Under the pieces are notes generated by a model, which was not told the origin of the DNA, did not search any database, and was given only the letters and a program-made list of their open reading frames with translations. A program made the translations under genes and the position numbers. Below are positions 46,135 through 64,000 of a DNA stretch of 64,000 nt, one piece after another (the stretch's first letter is position 1; each line of letters opens with the position of its first letter). Origin of the DNA: the human T2T-CHM13v2.0 reference genome, Homo sapiens; the NCBI RefSeq assembly GCF_009914755.1, contig NC_060930.1. The stretch is one strand, 5' to 3'.

Positions 46135-46545
46135 TGTCTTAAGCCCAGTTCCTTGGAAGTAGGATTTGAGACAGAGATTTGTGTGCACTTGAGAACAATT
46201 CCTGTTAATGAAAGAAATGAGGGAAGAAGGACTGGGCCAGGGAAAAGCTGAAGTGTAGTTGAGTTACAGCAGGGCCACCATTGGATCCATAGGGAATGCT
46301 GGTGCTGGGATGGCCCTTCAGAGATTTCCCAACTTGAGGCAATGTGTTGAGCCTGGGGACCTTTGCCTTGACCAGTAGGCTTTTGGCTGACCCTGGGAAG
46401 GAGGTGAGGTGAAAATCTGGGCAAGGTAACTTGGCCAAGGGCAGTTCCTGGACGGATGCTCAGCTATGAGCCCTCAGCTGCTGGGGGAATGAATTTGTGC
46501 ATTGCCTTGCCTGAAAGGCAGATCTGGATAGGAGATTCACTGCAG
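46135..46545 (-). mobile_element. LTR16-like ERVL LTR
   Basis: tgtcttaag...ttccttggaagtagga...tgagacagagatttgtgtgca start. Confidence 0.55.
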
Positions 46546-47360
46546 TCATGGACCTTGTACCATTTTCTTTTGCCTATTATTGTCTATTTCTATGTCTGAA
46601 AGATATGACATATTAAATAAAAAAAGCTTCCAATTTCTAGGAGCAGTATTCACCGAACTACTTCCCTGACACATACATACCTCACACCCTGCACACACCA
46701 CACACCACAAACCGTAGCTGTAATATCAGGTTACATACTTTCTGTTTTATTTTCCCTTTTCTCTGTGTTTTTGGTTACTTGAGATGGCCTCCTCTCTCTC
46801 ACTCCTGGTTTGGGAAGGCCTTGCTTCCTCTGAAAGCTTGTGAGCAGAGGGCTGATCTGATCAGATTTGCTCTTCTGAGTGGTGCTCTAGAAGCCACGTG
46901 GAGCATGGATGGTGTGGGGTGTGTGCTGGATGAGGCAAGCCTGGGGTTCTGGAGGACCTTTGGGTGGCTGTCACAGTTAGAGGATAAGAGGTATTGAAGC
47001 CAAAACTGAGATTGAGGTAGCTGGGAAGGAGGAGAGGGGAGAGTTTAGAAGCTTTAGGTAGGAGGCAGACCTGATAGGACATGGTGGTGGTCTTCAGATG
47101 ATGGGTGGTGGATGGGATGGAGAGAGAAGCCTGGTTTTTGACTTTAACACTCGCAAATGAAGCCTTTCTTTCTAGGTTTTGTGGAGAGGGCAGTGCATAA
47201 GGGGATAGTAAGTGAAGTTCTAGATTGAGTTTTGAGGTGCCTGGAGATATCTGGGAAAAATATGTAATATATATATTTCTCTTACATGTATGAGACTGGC
47301 TTGGGCTGGGGTCTGCCCTTGAAAACTGGCAGCTGGAGTCTTGAGTACTTTCCTGAGTCA

Positions 47361-47703
<343 letters not shown>

Positions 47704-48639
47704 TCAAGAACTGTTGCATATTTTATTTATCTTTGTATTTTCTGAGATATTTTTGACTGACCCTAAAATGAGCATCTGGATGGTAGATGACGGCAGCGGA
47801 AGATGAAGAATTAAGAAGTGGTTTTTGATTTGTAATATTTTTTAGTAGATATTATTAGTTGATGCCGCAGTTGTTGACTGTATTTATCTCCCAAGGGCAT
47901 AGGAAGCCCCCTTGCAGATATTACTCTACCTAGCCTGACTGGGTGTTTGGGGAGGGAGAGAAGAGGTTAACAATAAATCCTGCAATATGTGCAGAAGTTT
48001 TTACACTTGTGTTTCTGCATATTTTCTTAGAAAAAGGGTCCACAGTTTTCATTATATTCTCAAAGGAGACCTATGACTTAATGAAAAGTTAAGTCTTGTT
48101 AGAGGAAGAGTGACATATTATAGGGTTATGTCTTCATAATGTTTCTTTTTTTCTGAAATTAGATTGGCAGTCCAATACGCTGGCACGAACTGAGGGTCTC
48201 ACACTTTTGCTGTAACTCAAATTCTGGTCCTTACTTTACTTCTACTGCCTTAAAGCCACTCAAACAAAAGACCTGATTGCTAGAATTAGGTTGAGAAGAC
48301 ACAAAGTTTGAAGGGCAAAATTTCTGATAATGTTTGACCCAGTTTTGCATATAATGTATTTTTATTTGTTGATGAATATTTCCCTTTTGTTGCTAAAAGT
48401 GGCAAATAATCAGACATAGATTACTAATTAACAGTCTGCCTCAGTTTTTTTTTTTTTTAATTAATGAAACTTGGGCTTCATCAAGCTCAGGTGGAATGGA
48501 TATCACAGTGCTTTATTTTTTCTGACATCAAAAGAAATTTCTTTGTCAAAGTGTAGACATGTTTGTTGTGACTGCCTTTTGTGTGGGTTCTTTTCTCCCA
48601 GCCCTCTCCTACTACAGGAGAGAGAGATAATGGCCCTTT

Positions 48640-50790
48640 GCTCCTCATTCCGCATTCAGACCAGATTCCCCAGCTGCAATCTCCTGCCATCGGATTGCAT
48701 CACCAACTCAACCTAATTGGTGAGATGTCACTCCCTCCCTCCACCGCTCACTCTCATTTCTCAGTGAGTTTAGCTCTGTCACTCTCTCTAAAAGTTACTC
48801 TTGTTTTAGTGATTTGGGTGTAAACATTGATGATCCTTCTAATACTCTGTCCTCTTAATTTCTCTAAGTTCTCTTTCTAGTGATCTTGTCTCCCAGTGTG
48901 GTGGGTATATTCTGGCTAGACCAGGTCATTGTTTATGGTGGCAGCCCCTCTGTCATCTGAATTTAAGCGTCCCATTTTTTCGGTACTAGCATGGCTCACT
49001 GCAACCTCCGCCTCCTGGGCTCCAGCAATCCTCCCACCCTCGGGTAGCTGGGGCTATAGGCATGTGCCACCACGCCTGGCTAATTTTTGTATTTTTTTTT
49101 GTAGATAAGAGGTTTCACCATGTTGCCCAGGCTGGTCTCAAACTCCTGGGCTCAAGCAATCCATCCACCTCAGCCTCCCGAAGTGTTGGGATTACAGGTG
49201 TGAGCCACCATGCCCGGCTGACTTTGCCTACTCTTGCCCTAAGAAAATTGAAGCAAACCAAAGAGGAATCCAGAAACTTCAATACCACATCTATCCTCAA
49301 CCAGAACCCACCCAAGGCCACCCTAACCGTGTACATTGTACCCATCCTCCTTTACTTACTCAAAGTCACCTCCCTTCTCTCTTCTGCATCCCTATGATTT
49401 CCCCTTTAGTGGATCCGCTTACAAACATGCTATTGTTTTTCTTCTAGCAAAACTTTACTTTGATCCCACCTGTCTCTGTAGCTACCACGCCATTCCTCTG
49501 GTCCCCTTTATGAAAGAGCTCCTCAAAGATTGTATGTACCAACATTTGCAGTTCGTCTCCTTTCATTCCCTCTTAAGACCACTCAAATCAGGCAGACCCC
49601 CTACCAGTCCAGTAAAACTGCTCTTGTCAAAGTTATTAGGGACCTCCTTGTTGCTAAATCCAGTAGCCTGTTCTCAGTCCTTACCTTATTCCACCTCTCA
49701 ATAGCATCAACACTGCTGATCACTCCCTCCTCCATGACTCTTTCTTCATTTGGCTTCTAGGACACCCCACACGCTCCTGGTTTCCCACCCATTATCTTTT
49801 GCTGATTCTTCCTCTTAACGTTGGAGGGCCCAGGACCCAGTCCTTGGACCTCCTCTCTGTCCCCACTGTTGCCGTTTGTCATCTCACCAGTATCCTGGTT
49901 TAAATACTATCTGAATGCTGGCTCAAATTTCTATCTCTAGCCCAGACCTCTTCCTCTGAACTGCATACTTGCATTTCCAGTTGTTTACTTCACATCTTCT
50001 ATGTTCAGATCTGAAAATCTGAACTCCTGATCTCCCGTAAACCCCAAAGCTGATCCCACAGTCTTGCTTGTCTCAGATAAAGGCAATGTGATTCTTCCAA
50101 TTGCCCCAGTTTTGGAGTCATCTTTGTAGTCCTTTCTTTCTCGTATACCCACATCCAATGCAGCAGATCCTGCTGGTTCTATTTTCCTAATACTGAATTT
50201 ATACAGAATCCGGTCATATTTTACGATCTCCACTGCTACTGTCCTGGTCTAGGGGACCATTGCTTTTTCTGGAATTGCCTCCTTACTTGTCTCTCTGCTT
50301 CCTCCCTTGGCCCATGGAGGCTGGTCTGAACCCCACAGTAGAGGGATCCTTTTCAAATCAGAAGTGGATATGTTGCTTCAGGTTTCCAAGTCTGCAGTGA
50401 CTCCCCATTCCAGTTGTAATAAACGCGAAAGACCTTACAGTGATCTACAGGACCCTGTTTATCCTGCCTGGCTTCATCTCCCCTTACTAGTTTGTGCTCA
50501 TTATATGAGGCAGGCACCTCCCAGGTCAGGGCCTGAGCCCTCTTCTAGCAGATAACCTTGTGGCTAACTCCCTCCTCTCAGAGAGCTACTGTGCCAGTCA
50601 ATTAAAATAGCAAATCCTTCCCTCATTAGCCCTCTCCACCCACTTTATCCTGTTTCATTTTTTCCCATAGCACTTACTGGATTATGCTGATTGTCTTTTT
50701 CCACTAGAATGCAGGTATTTTGTCTAGGTTGAATCACTAGTATCTAGAACAGTGCCTGACACATAGTATGTGCTCAATAAATACACGTGT
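48640..50790 (+). mobile_element. Long L2 fragment with antisense partial AluJ (~48990-49218)
   Basis: aaactgctcttgtcaaagtta...gacctccttgttgctaaatcca...acagtgcctgacacatagtatgtgctcaataaata. Confidence 0.85.
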
Positions 50791-50831
50791 GCAGAAGCAA
50801 ATCACATTTTTCATTGCTTTCCACAAGTGTG

Positions 50832-51431
<600 letters not shown>

Positions 51432-52770
51432 ACAAGTGTGCAATCCCTGAGAAAAATATCAGTTCAATCTTTGTTGATCTTTATTGTCCCGATTGATTAG
51501 CTGCATGTCAGCCTTTGACTGTGTTTCCCAGATGCTCACGACAGATCGATCACTTGATGTTGTTTTCAACAGGCAGTCATGAAATGAGCAGACTGAGGTC
51601 AGTGTAGTATAGATATTTGTCAGCGTGGTTGCCAACTGCCTTTCCTCTTCTAAGATTGCCCTTTATTGTGTGATTATATTACATTTTTAGTTGGCATGAA
51701 AATGCCCATTTAGTGAAATGATGAGGATCTTCCTGGGGGAAGAATTCTGGCGTAAGAAGCTTTCTTCAGATTACTAAGCACTCTAAAAGGTCCCAGGTTA
51801 TGGGGCTCTGGAAAGTAACGATGCGAATACTTCACTTGGTTATGTGATTTTTATTTTTGCCTTGGAAGTCTTTCTGCAAACAAGTCTTCCAGTGGAGGCT
51901 CATTTTAGGAATGTGACGATGCATTGCTGATAGGTAGGATGTGGCTTTCTATACAGCAGAGTTTGGGGGGTGGGACTGGCAGGTGAGTAGCTCAACCCAG
52001 GCTTCTGAGGGTCCTTCATGTCTTTTGGAACACAATTTGAAAATCACTGCTTTAATTGCTAAATTCTAGAAAACCTGGATGCCCTATTTAAAAAAAGAGC
52101 TTAGCTTAGTGTCAAAGAGGAACTAGGTTCCAGTTTTAGCTCTGCAGATCACCAGCTGTGTGACCTTGAATATGTCACTCAAGCTGTCTGCACAATTAAT
52201 TGATTTGTTTGTAAGGTAAGGAGTATGGACTAGATGACCTCACACTGATCACTTTCTAAGCTCCAGAAAACCTAATTGTTAATGCTTAATTGTGCGAGCT
52301 GTGCTCGGGAAGGGCTGTGTTCTAGTACCTTCTTCCTCATCACTGTCATTTCAGTATTATCTACACTGATCTTCACAAATATTCTGCACACTTGGATTCT
52401 AACCTGCAATATTGCTGTTGGGGTTATAGAAATATAGATTATATGATGGTATTTAGGGTAAGCATTTTTATCTCTAAAATGAGTTAGATATCAAGGATGG
52501 CATGGTATTAGATTACACAATATTTGAAAAGAATAATAAGAAAAATCCTGCAGGATTTAAAAATCTTATTAGTACTCTTCTGTAGAAATACTTTAGGGAA
52601 TGGTTCAGACAGTATCAGGTGCTGTGGGTGTAAGCATGGCCACCTGCTAGCTCTGTGAACCTGGACAAATGGCTTAGCTGCTCTGTGCCTGAGTAAAGTA
52701 GAGATAGTAATAGCATCAACCTCCTCGTGTTGTAAAAAGTAAGTGAATTAACATATATAAAGCAATTTGG

Positions 52771-53181
<411 letters not shown>

Positions 53182-53527
53182 TTAATCATATTGCACTAGG
53201 AAGATTTGTTTTTGTTTCTTAAATATATACAGAATTTCCCTTTTTCTGCTTCTTTATATTTAATAACAAGACATTCTAGGATAGACTAAGCCTTTTCATG
53301 GCTAATTGTCCTGTGGAATTCTTTTAGTTTTTCTCTTCCATGTTTATATATTTGATATGATTTTCTGGTAGAATTCTTGAAAAAATAACTGCATCACACA
53401 GTAGCTCTCCTCTCCCATTTTATTTTATTTTACTTGCTGAGGCTGGATATTATATTCTTTTGGCTGAAGTCACCATAGTGGATTCATACAACTAATTTCC
53501 AGCCAGTTTATGTAGATCATTTGCAAA

Positions 53528-53935
53528 TGTATTAGTTACAGAGAGGCTCCAGGGGTGTACCAAAGAAACCTCAAAATACAGTGGCTCAAATAAAATCAGA
53601 GTTTATTTCTTTCTCTCCTTACAGTTCAGAGTTGGTGGGTGATGGAGGGTGGGAAGGTGGCTCCGCTTCATATGGTCTCTCAGGGATCCTGGTTCCTTCT
53701 CTCTTGTTCTGCCTTTCCAAAGTGTTGTTCCATTTTCTTGATGAGGCTTGCCCCTCAACACTATGTCAAGTTCTAGTCCAAGGAAAGAGAAAAGAGAAGT
53801 AAAAAATAAGCAATTTTTTAAAACGTGCATGGCCCTCAGGTTGCATTCCTGATTTCTTTTCACATCCCACTGGCTGCTGCTTAGCCACGTGGACTCATCT
53901 TGCTGCAAGGGAGGTTGAGAAATATGGCTTGTGCT
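53528..53935 (-). mobile_element. MLT1J/I-like MaLR LTR
   Basis: aaacctcaaaatacagtggctcaaataaaa...cacatcccactggc...ttagccacgtgg...gctgcaagggaggttgagaaat. Confidence 0.7.
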
Positions 53936-55141
53936 GAGCTAGAACTGTGGGGATGGAGGAGAAGAGCAGGTTTCTGATACTGAAAAAAAAAAAAAGAAAA
54001 GAAAATAGAAAGGAGAATGGATAATAATAAATATACATATGCTTTGATCACAATTTCATGGGCCAAGTTTGAGTTTGGAATTTTCCAAGTCCTCAGATTC
54101 TATGACAGAACATGGTGGTGGAGAGAGCTGCCCCCTGGCTCCAGTTTGCAGACTTTCCCCTTTGTCTGCCCATGCTGGCTCCATTTGGCACTGGGAAGGG
54201 CTTTGCACCCAAGTTTGTGGTCAGTTGGCCAAGCACCCATGGTCTCCCACTCTTCCCCACTTGCAAACAGTAGTGTGGTCCACCCTTGCTTGGGAAAGAG
54301 CCCAGTGCTCATTTGAGCAGTGAGTACTAGGACCCTGTGCCTCTAGACCGTGCTTTAGGACTTGCATATCCCCTTGGTCCTCTGATTTCTCTATTTCTGG
54401 GGGAGAGATGGGGATGGAAGAGGGTAGAGTGAGGCCCTCTAAAAGTCAGGATTTAAGGCAAGGTCCTTGCTTGTCTAGGTCTACAGGTGATGCTACAAAG
54501 AGAATGTTACATTGATTCAGTTCTTAAAATTTTCCCTTTTCCTCATGCTTCTGTTTCATTAATATTCATATTTACTTTTTATAATATACATGTTATGTCT
54601 TTAATACACTAGGAGTAGAATATTTGTAATGAAATGGAGTGCTGTTTTAATGGATGAGAAAGGTAGGGAGGGGCTCAGAGAGGGAGGCTGGAGAATATTC
54701 ACTTATTTAGCTTAATGTTTTCAACAGCTTAAAAAAAGAGAAAAAACAACCTTTGAGTGGCCCTTGTGATTAAATGGCAGTTTGCCCAGACTAGAGGGAG
54801 CCAGCGTTGGGAATAAAAACTAAGATTCACTTTGAAAATCTAGAAAAAAAAAATGACTACACAAGTCATAAGAATGTGCTTGATGGCTTGGGTTGTCTGA
54901 GTGCAAGTGAAGTAGGGCGCAGGCCTGGTTTCCGCATTCCCTGTCTGCTCAGCCTTTTAGCTCCTAACCCCATCCACTCCCTAGAGCTGGCCAGCCCAGA
55001 CCCAGGACCTGGATGCTGACCTCTTCAGGGCGGAGCTGTTGCTGTGCTCAGACATCGTGACAACTTGTTGATGGGAAATGTAGCTGAAAGTCTAGCACAA
55101 AAAGCTGCTCTTGGGTTGGCCAGCGAACCTCCTTCATGGTA

Positions 55142-55470
55142 AAACTCCCCATCCCTTATCCAAATCCTTGGGACCAGATATGCTTCAGAATTTATGATTT
55201 TTCTTTTTCCCATTTCAGAAAGGCTATGGCCCATATGCCCTATGTTACATAAAGCCTCCAGAGGAGTTTGGGACAGTACCCTATCATCCAATATCTTCAT
55301 CATTCTGCAGAAAATGTATGAATATTTACACTAAGTGGAACACAAACAGGGTTATAAATAGCCTCAGGTCAGTTCAGGTCACGTTTTGCTGCCAAATGGG
55401 TTATGGAAAAAGCCTTTGGTTTCCAGAGCTTTTCAGATCCTGGCATTGTGGATAAGGGATTGTGCACCTG
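55142..55470 (+). mobile_element. MER46C-like Tigger (TcMar) MITE
   Basis: atcccttatcca ... tggataagggat inverted ends; internal sequence follows the remembered MER46C consensus. Confidence 0.85.
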
Positions 55471-56694
55471 GTATGGTGACTGCTTTCTCAGTGTCCATTT
55501 GGTGCCATTTTACATGTATTGCATTTGAAGTACTCACAACAAAAATACCTATGTATATATATACCTCTCTCTATATATTTTTTTCCTTATTTATTTATTT
55601 ATTTATTTAACAGCTAAGGAAACAGGTTTCATGAGCTCGAATGGCTTACACAAGATCAAGAGGAGATGATCTCCTTTGCAAACAGAGGCCAGGACCCAGG
55701 GCCTGGGCACTTAGTGGGCTATAAGAGTTTCTAATTTGCTTGTTTGAAGCATTGGAACATAAGCCAGCCTGCAGAATCCTGTTTCACATTTAATGGTAGC
55801 TGAAAGACAATACTGCAGTAAAAGTGCCATAGGATGTAATTATCCTAACATTGTTTCTTAAGAAAAGACATCTTAAGTTCAACCAGCGGGGTCAGGAAGT
55901 GGGGTCCCTGGCCTGAACAGTGGCTTATCTTCCTTCCTGGATGGCTGGCAGGGGCAGTAGGTCAGTCAGGGCACTGTTCCAGGACCCAGTGGCAGTGTGG
56001 GCAGCACTGTGGTGAGATGGGAAGAGAGGAAGGAAGGTTCGGGTGCTTGATGTGCATTGAAGGGGTCAGGGAAGGGGGAATTGGCTACTGGCTGAGGTTC
56101 TGACACTAGTTGGACAGGGCCCGATGCCAAACTCTTGTTCTTGTTCTCACCTAGAAATTGCCATTAGTTAGTGCTGCTGCTGGGCATTATTTTAACTTAG
56201 ACCAAGGCAGCCCTTTTGCGTGGGCAATTAGATAACGGCGCCCACTCTGGAGAGACACAGTCTGATGGACACACTACTTCGTGGGCTGTGCCTTTGTGCA
56301 AAGCAAAAGGTGTTCTTTCCTCCGTGCCGCTGTGCTGGCTGGATTTCAGCGTCGTTTTTCACCTTGGCCTCGTGCCTTTATGCAGTGGACAGATTTCAGG
56401 CAGCTTGGCATTAGTAGGAATCTACCTGAAAAGCACTTTATATGTGTTTGAATCCTTGGCATGATCTGGTGATGATCTGGCAGAATAGGTATTACCATGA
56501 TTTGCCAGATGAGAACGTCATGGCGCTGTGAACTGCTGAAGGTCGCCTCGGCTCCATTGCTATCTGGACAGGACTGTTCCCTGTACACTCCCTCTTTCAA
56601 AATGGAAGAGGCAGCTAGAGGATTTCAGGATACATTTCCCTCAGTTGTTTCCTTCTGCACTACCTTCTCATCTTTCATGGTTGTATTAAAAGTG

Positions 56695-56830
56695 GGGCCT
56701 GGCACAGTGGCTCACGTCTGTAACCCCACACTCTGGGAGGCCGAGGCAGGAGGATTACTTGAGGCCAGGAGTTCGAGACTAGGCTGGGAAACACAGTGAG
56801 ACCCTGTCTCTGCAAGAAAACAAAAAAAGT
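56695..56830 (+). mobile_element. FLAM / Alu monomer
   Basis: Single left arm with A tail. Confidence 0.85.
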
Positions 56831-58005
56831 CTCTAAAAAACAAAACAACGGATAGACTGATGTTGGTTCCTATTTGGATATGTGTGGCAATTGGTGGCTC
56901 TTACTGACCCCATAGCTCTCATTCAGGTGGTTTGTGTGATAGTGGGCACAATGTTGTTGCCAATTGAGTTGAAAATGCTGTCATGTTGAAAGAAAACATC
57001 GGAAATGAGAGGGTCTGGGTAAATATATTAGTAGTATAGCTGTTGCTTTGTTTGCAGTCTCTTCACTTACATTACTTTCATTTAAAATTAACCATAATCT
57101 GTTAAACTTTTACTTCCAATAATGTATGGGTTCAGGAGTCTTAGCCAAAGTCAATGTTTTTCACAGGAAGTATCTGGATATACATTAACTTTTAAAATTG
57201 TAACCAGTTAGTTTCACTATAAAAGTTAGCAAAGTGTGAATGAATTGATCGCTTGCTAATCTGGAGCACACAAGGGAAATTAATTTTAGATGGAGAAAAT
57301 ATTTCCTAAAATAACAGAGGGAGGCAGAGAGCTAGGTGTATGTGTTGGGCCTTTCAAATATATTATTTCATTTACTCCCTACCATAATTTTATGGGGAAG
57401 ATATAATTGTCAGTGTTTCATAGATGAGGATATGCTTGTTATTAGTTAGGACTTAGAGTAAGTTTTTTATCATATTTAAAAAATGCCCCATCTAATTCTG
57501 AATTCTTACAGAGAGCCACATAGGAAGTAGGATTTTGAAAAAGCAAAAATCAACAACAATGCAGAGAGGAAGAAATGAGTGGATTGGTAAGATAAGGCCA
57601 TGGGTAGTTCACAGAAACTGCTTGCTTTCTCTAACATGCTTGCTCCCTTTGGTAAACTTTGGATGCATATTTGTCTCAAAGTGTCATATTAGACAAAGCA
57701 ATAAGAAAATGGTTAGTTTTAAGATTGACATAATTCATAAATTCTCACAAATACATTTGATGAAATAAGGCAGTTTGTGTTTCTCCTGGTCCTGAGGACC
57801 CCCAAAACTCAGAACCTCATAAATAGGACAGCGAATGATATGGAGGAAGCTATTTCTTCAGCTACATGTGATAATCTAGATGAATAGAACTCTCATTTGT
57901 GGCATCCCATATTGTAAACCAGTTACAGTACAGAAAATCATTTTAAAAAAAGAGAGATTGCAGGAAGTTCGCCAACGATTTGCCTTAATCCTGAAGCCAA
58001 TTTAA

Positions 58006-60777
<2,772 letters not shown>

Positions 60778-62076
60778 CTTTAAGTAAATTTTTAAAGGTG
60801 TAAATTCTGCAGACTCGGATAAAAATAATTATTCTATTGTGTCTTAACAGATCGTTATAATTGTGAAGATTAAATGAGTTCAAAGTATTTGGCTAATATT
60901 GTTAGGGGCTGTTGCTTTTGTTATTATTATTACTATTACTATTACGTCCTGGCTTCATTCCTGCTCTCTCTTTCCCTCTTTGCATCATTGCCTCTGACTA
61001 TCTCCAGGCTGCTGATAGTGAGAGGGGCCGTCTCCCAATCCAGGTTACCAGGTCTGGATGAATGGACTCTGACCCACTTTTCTGGCCACTGGAATTTTGC
61101 CTTTGTGAATATTATAAATAGTAATATGTATACAAAGAATGATTATGAAATAATCAATTATAAATTGGTTGGAATGTGTCTGATGCTCAGACATACACAC
61201 ACAATTTGACATTCTGGTTAGATTTCTCTGTGCAGGAAGCAAGGGAACAACAGAGCAGTGAGAAATCAAAGGAGAGAAGGGTATTCTGGGGCAAAGGACA
61301 GTTTCCATAGGTAGAATTACAGAGGTAAAACCATTAATCAAAAAAAACTAGTGCACCACTCACTCGATTTTTCCACCCCTTCCTTTCAGTCGTGGTCTGA
61401 GCTTTCGCATTCAGGTTGAAGATGAACTAGCATGTGCCTCATTTAATACTGGGAACTTTTATTTACCTGAGTCTGCTTTTTGAAATCTGTTAAGTGTTGA
61501 GTTTCTATTTGCACCTTATTCACCAGATTTACTTATTGTCTTTCCCTGCTAATGGGGATGGAGTGGGGGGAGGTGCTCGTGGCAGGCACTCAGACAAGCT
61601 CGCTGTGCAGCAGTGGCTCTGAGGGCACAGCTGTTTGGAATCAGCTGATCATTTTCAAGCATCTCTAGCTCATCATATTAAACACAGTTGCACACGTTTA
61701 GTGGTTGCTTAATTTTAACCTGAAACACTGTATGAAATAATTTGATGTATAAGAAGTATTGTAGTGATAAGAAGAGTAGCTTAATGGTTTTTCATGTTTT
61801 CTATGCCAGCCACTATTTAACCGTTTTACTATTTACAAACACACACACACACACACAACCATATACACCCATATCTGGGTATATGTGTTTGTCTATATAC
61901 ATACATATATGTGCATGTACACACATATATAAATTCATTTGATCCTCACAATAACCCTATAAAAGAGGCACTTCTATTTTCGCCTTTTTACAGTCAGGAA
62001 GCCAAGGCAGAGAGTGGGTAAGTAGCTTGCCCAACACGGGTAATGAGGGACAGAGGTGGAGTTTAAACCCAAGTAG

Positions 62077-62685
<609 letters not shown>

Positions 62686-63283
62686 CCCATACTCTTAATC
62701 ACTACCCTGGAGTAGTTCTCAGTGCTGAGCCTCTAACTCCAAGCAAATGATAATTAAATAATTACCACAATATGCCCAAAGTTATTTTATTACAAGCAAA
62801 TTTATGAAATGATGCAGTTTTTTTTCACATGGAAACTGGTTTCTTTTGTTTACCTTGGATGGATGTTTGTTTGGGAGTTGGCTGTTTTCATTTGTTAAAT
62901 AAATATTTTAGTTGGGTGTTTGTGTAGCAAGTGATCTTGGTGGCTCCCTGCAGTGTGTCCTGCACTGGTGAGCACCTGGTGAGCATTCACTGAATGTGTC
63001 TGATGGATTTACCACACTCATCTGTGAACCTGTAGCTCAGCTAATCCCCCTAAATCTGTGAGTGGCCCTTCTCAGCTGCCCTGCAGGGGACTTTGTGGAG
63101 CAGGAATTTATTTTGACCAGCAAACTACCCTTGTGACTCATCACCAAGAGCTTCTATCATTCTCTAGCAGGATTTGGAAATTAAAGACACTTTGACTCAG
63201 AAATATCTTCCACACAGGGACTCATTAAATGAAACTAACATCCTGGTGGGCAAAGTGTAGGAGAAATAGTAAAAGTGGATTTC

Positions 63284-63586
<303 letters not shown>

Positions 63587-64000
63587 TGGATTTCATGGGC
63601 CATTGGAAGTCACTGTCTTAAGCAGTGCTTTGTACCTGGGGACTCCATCCATGTGTAAAGGATTAGTGAGCAGGATACACATAGGGAAATGTGTAGGGAG
63701 TGTGTGATTCTGATCTTTTTAGAGGCAAATCCAGTTTAAATGTGGAGAGTGGCACTATTTTGGCTTCCTAGCAATTCCAGGTCTAATGCTTACATTTAAG
63801 TAACAAAGATGTTTGCATTGATGAAGCATAACCTTGGCAATTCTTAAATTTGGGGATTGGATTGACTATATATATGCCCTTCAGTAAGCTATTAAATCAT
63901 CATGACCACTAGGTAAATGGTGGATTAACTACTATAAAGATTATTTATGAGTATTCCAACATCATTCATCTCCATCCCCTTATCAAGATTAATAGACAAA

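Overview
Human (primate) genomic DNA, about half Alu/L1/L2/MIR/LTR/DNA-transposon relics, containing the 5' end of the utrophin gene (UTRN) on the + strand. The identification rests on a 171-nt exon (32365-32535) encoding [26 protein letters not shown], the utrophin-A N-terminus. It is supported by a CpG-island promoter (~25.4-27.8 kb) with the known promoter-A landmarks: N-box TTCCGG, E-box CAGGTG, NFAT site, AGGTCA half-site, Jazz/UtroUp target and a 1.25-kb HindIII fragment. Non-coding exon 1A ends at 26449 and everything after 32535 is intron 2; exon 1B and exon 3 are not in the window. No other protein-coding gene is supported, and the ORF track is repeat or GC-island noise. I found no self-contained new biological system. 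The best leads are regulatory: (i) a MEF2 site plus a perfect DR4 nuclear-receptor element in a MER46C transposon in intron 2; (ii) a cryptic intron/alternative donor inside exon 1A and a single uORF in exon 2; (iii) extra N-box/donor pairs in intron 1; (iv) a possible LTR-initiated spliced upstream transcript; (v) several template-switch and nested-insertion scars. Repeat subfamily calls come from remembered consensus sequences and their boundaries are approximate.
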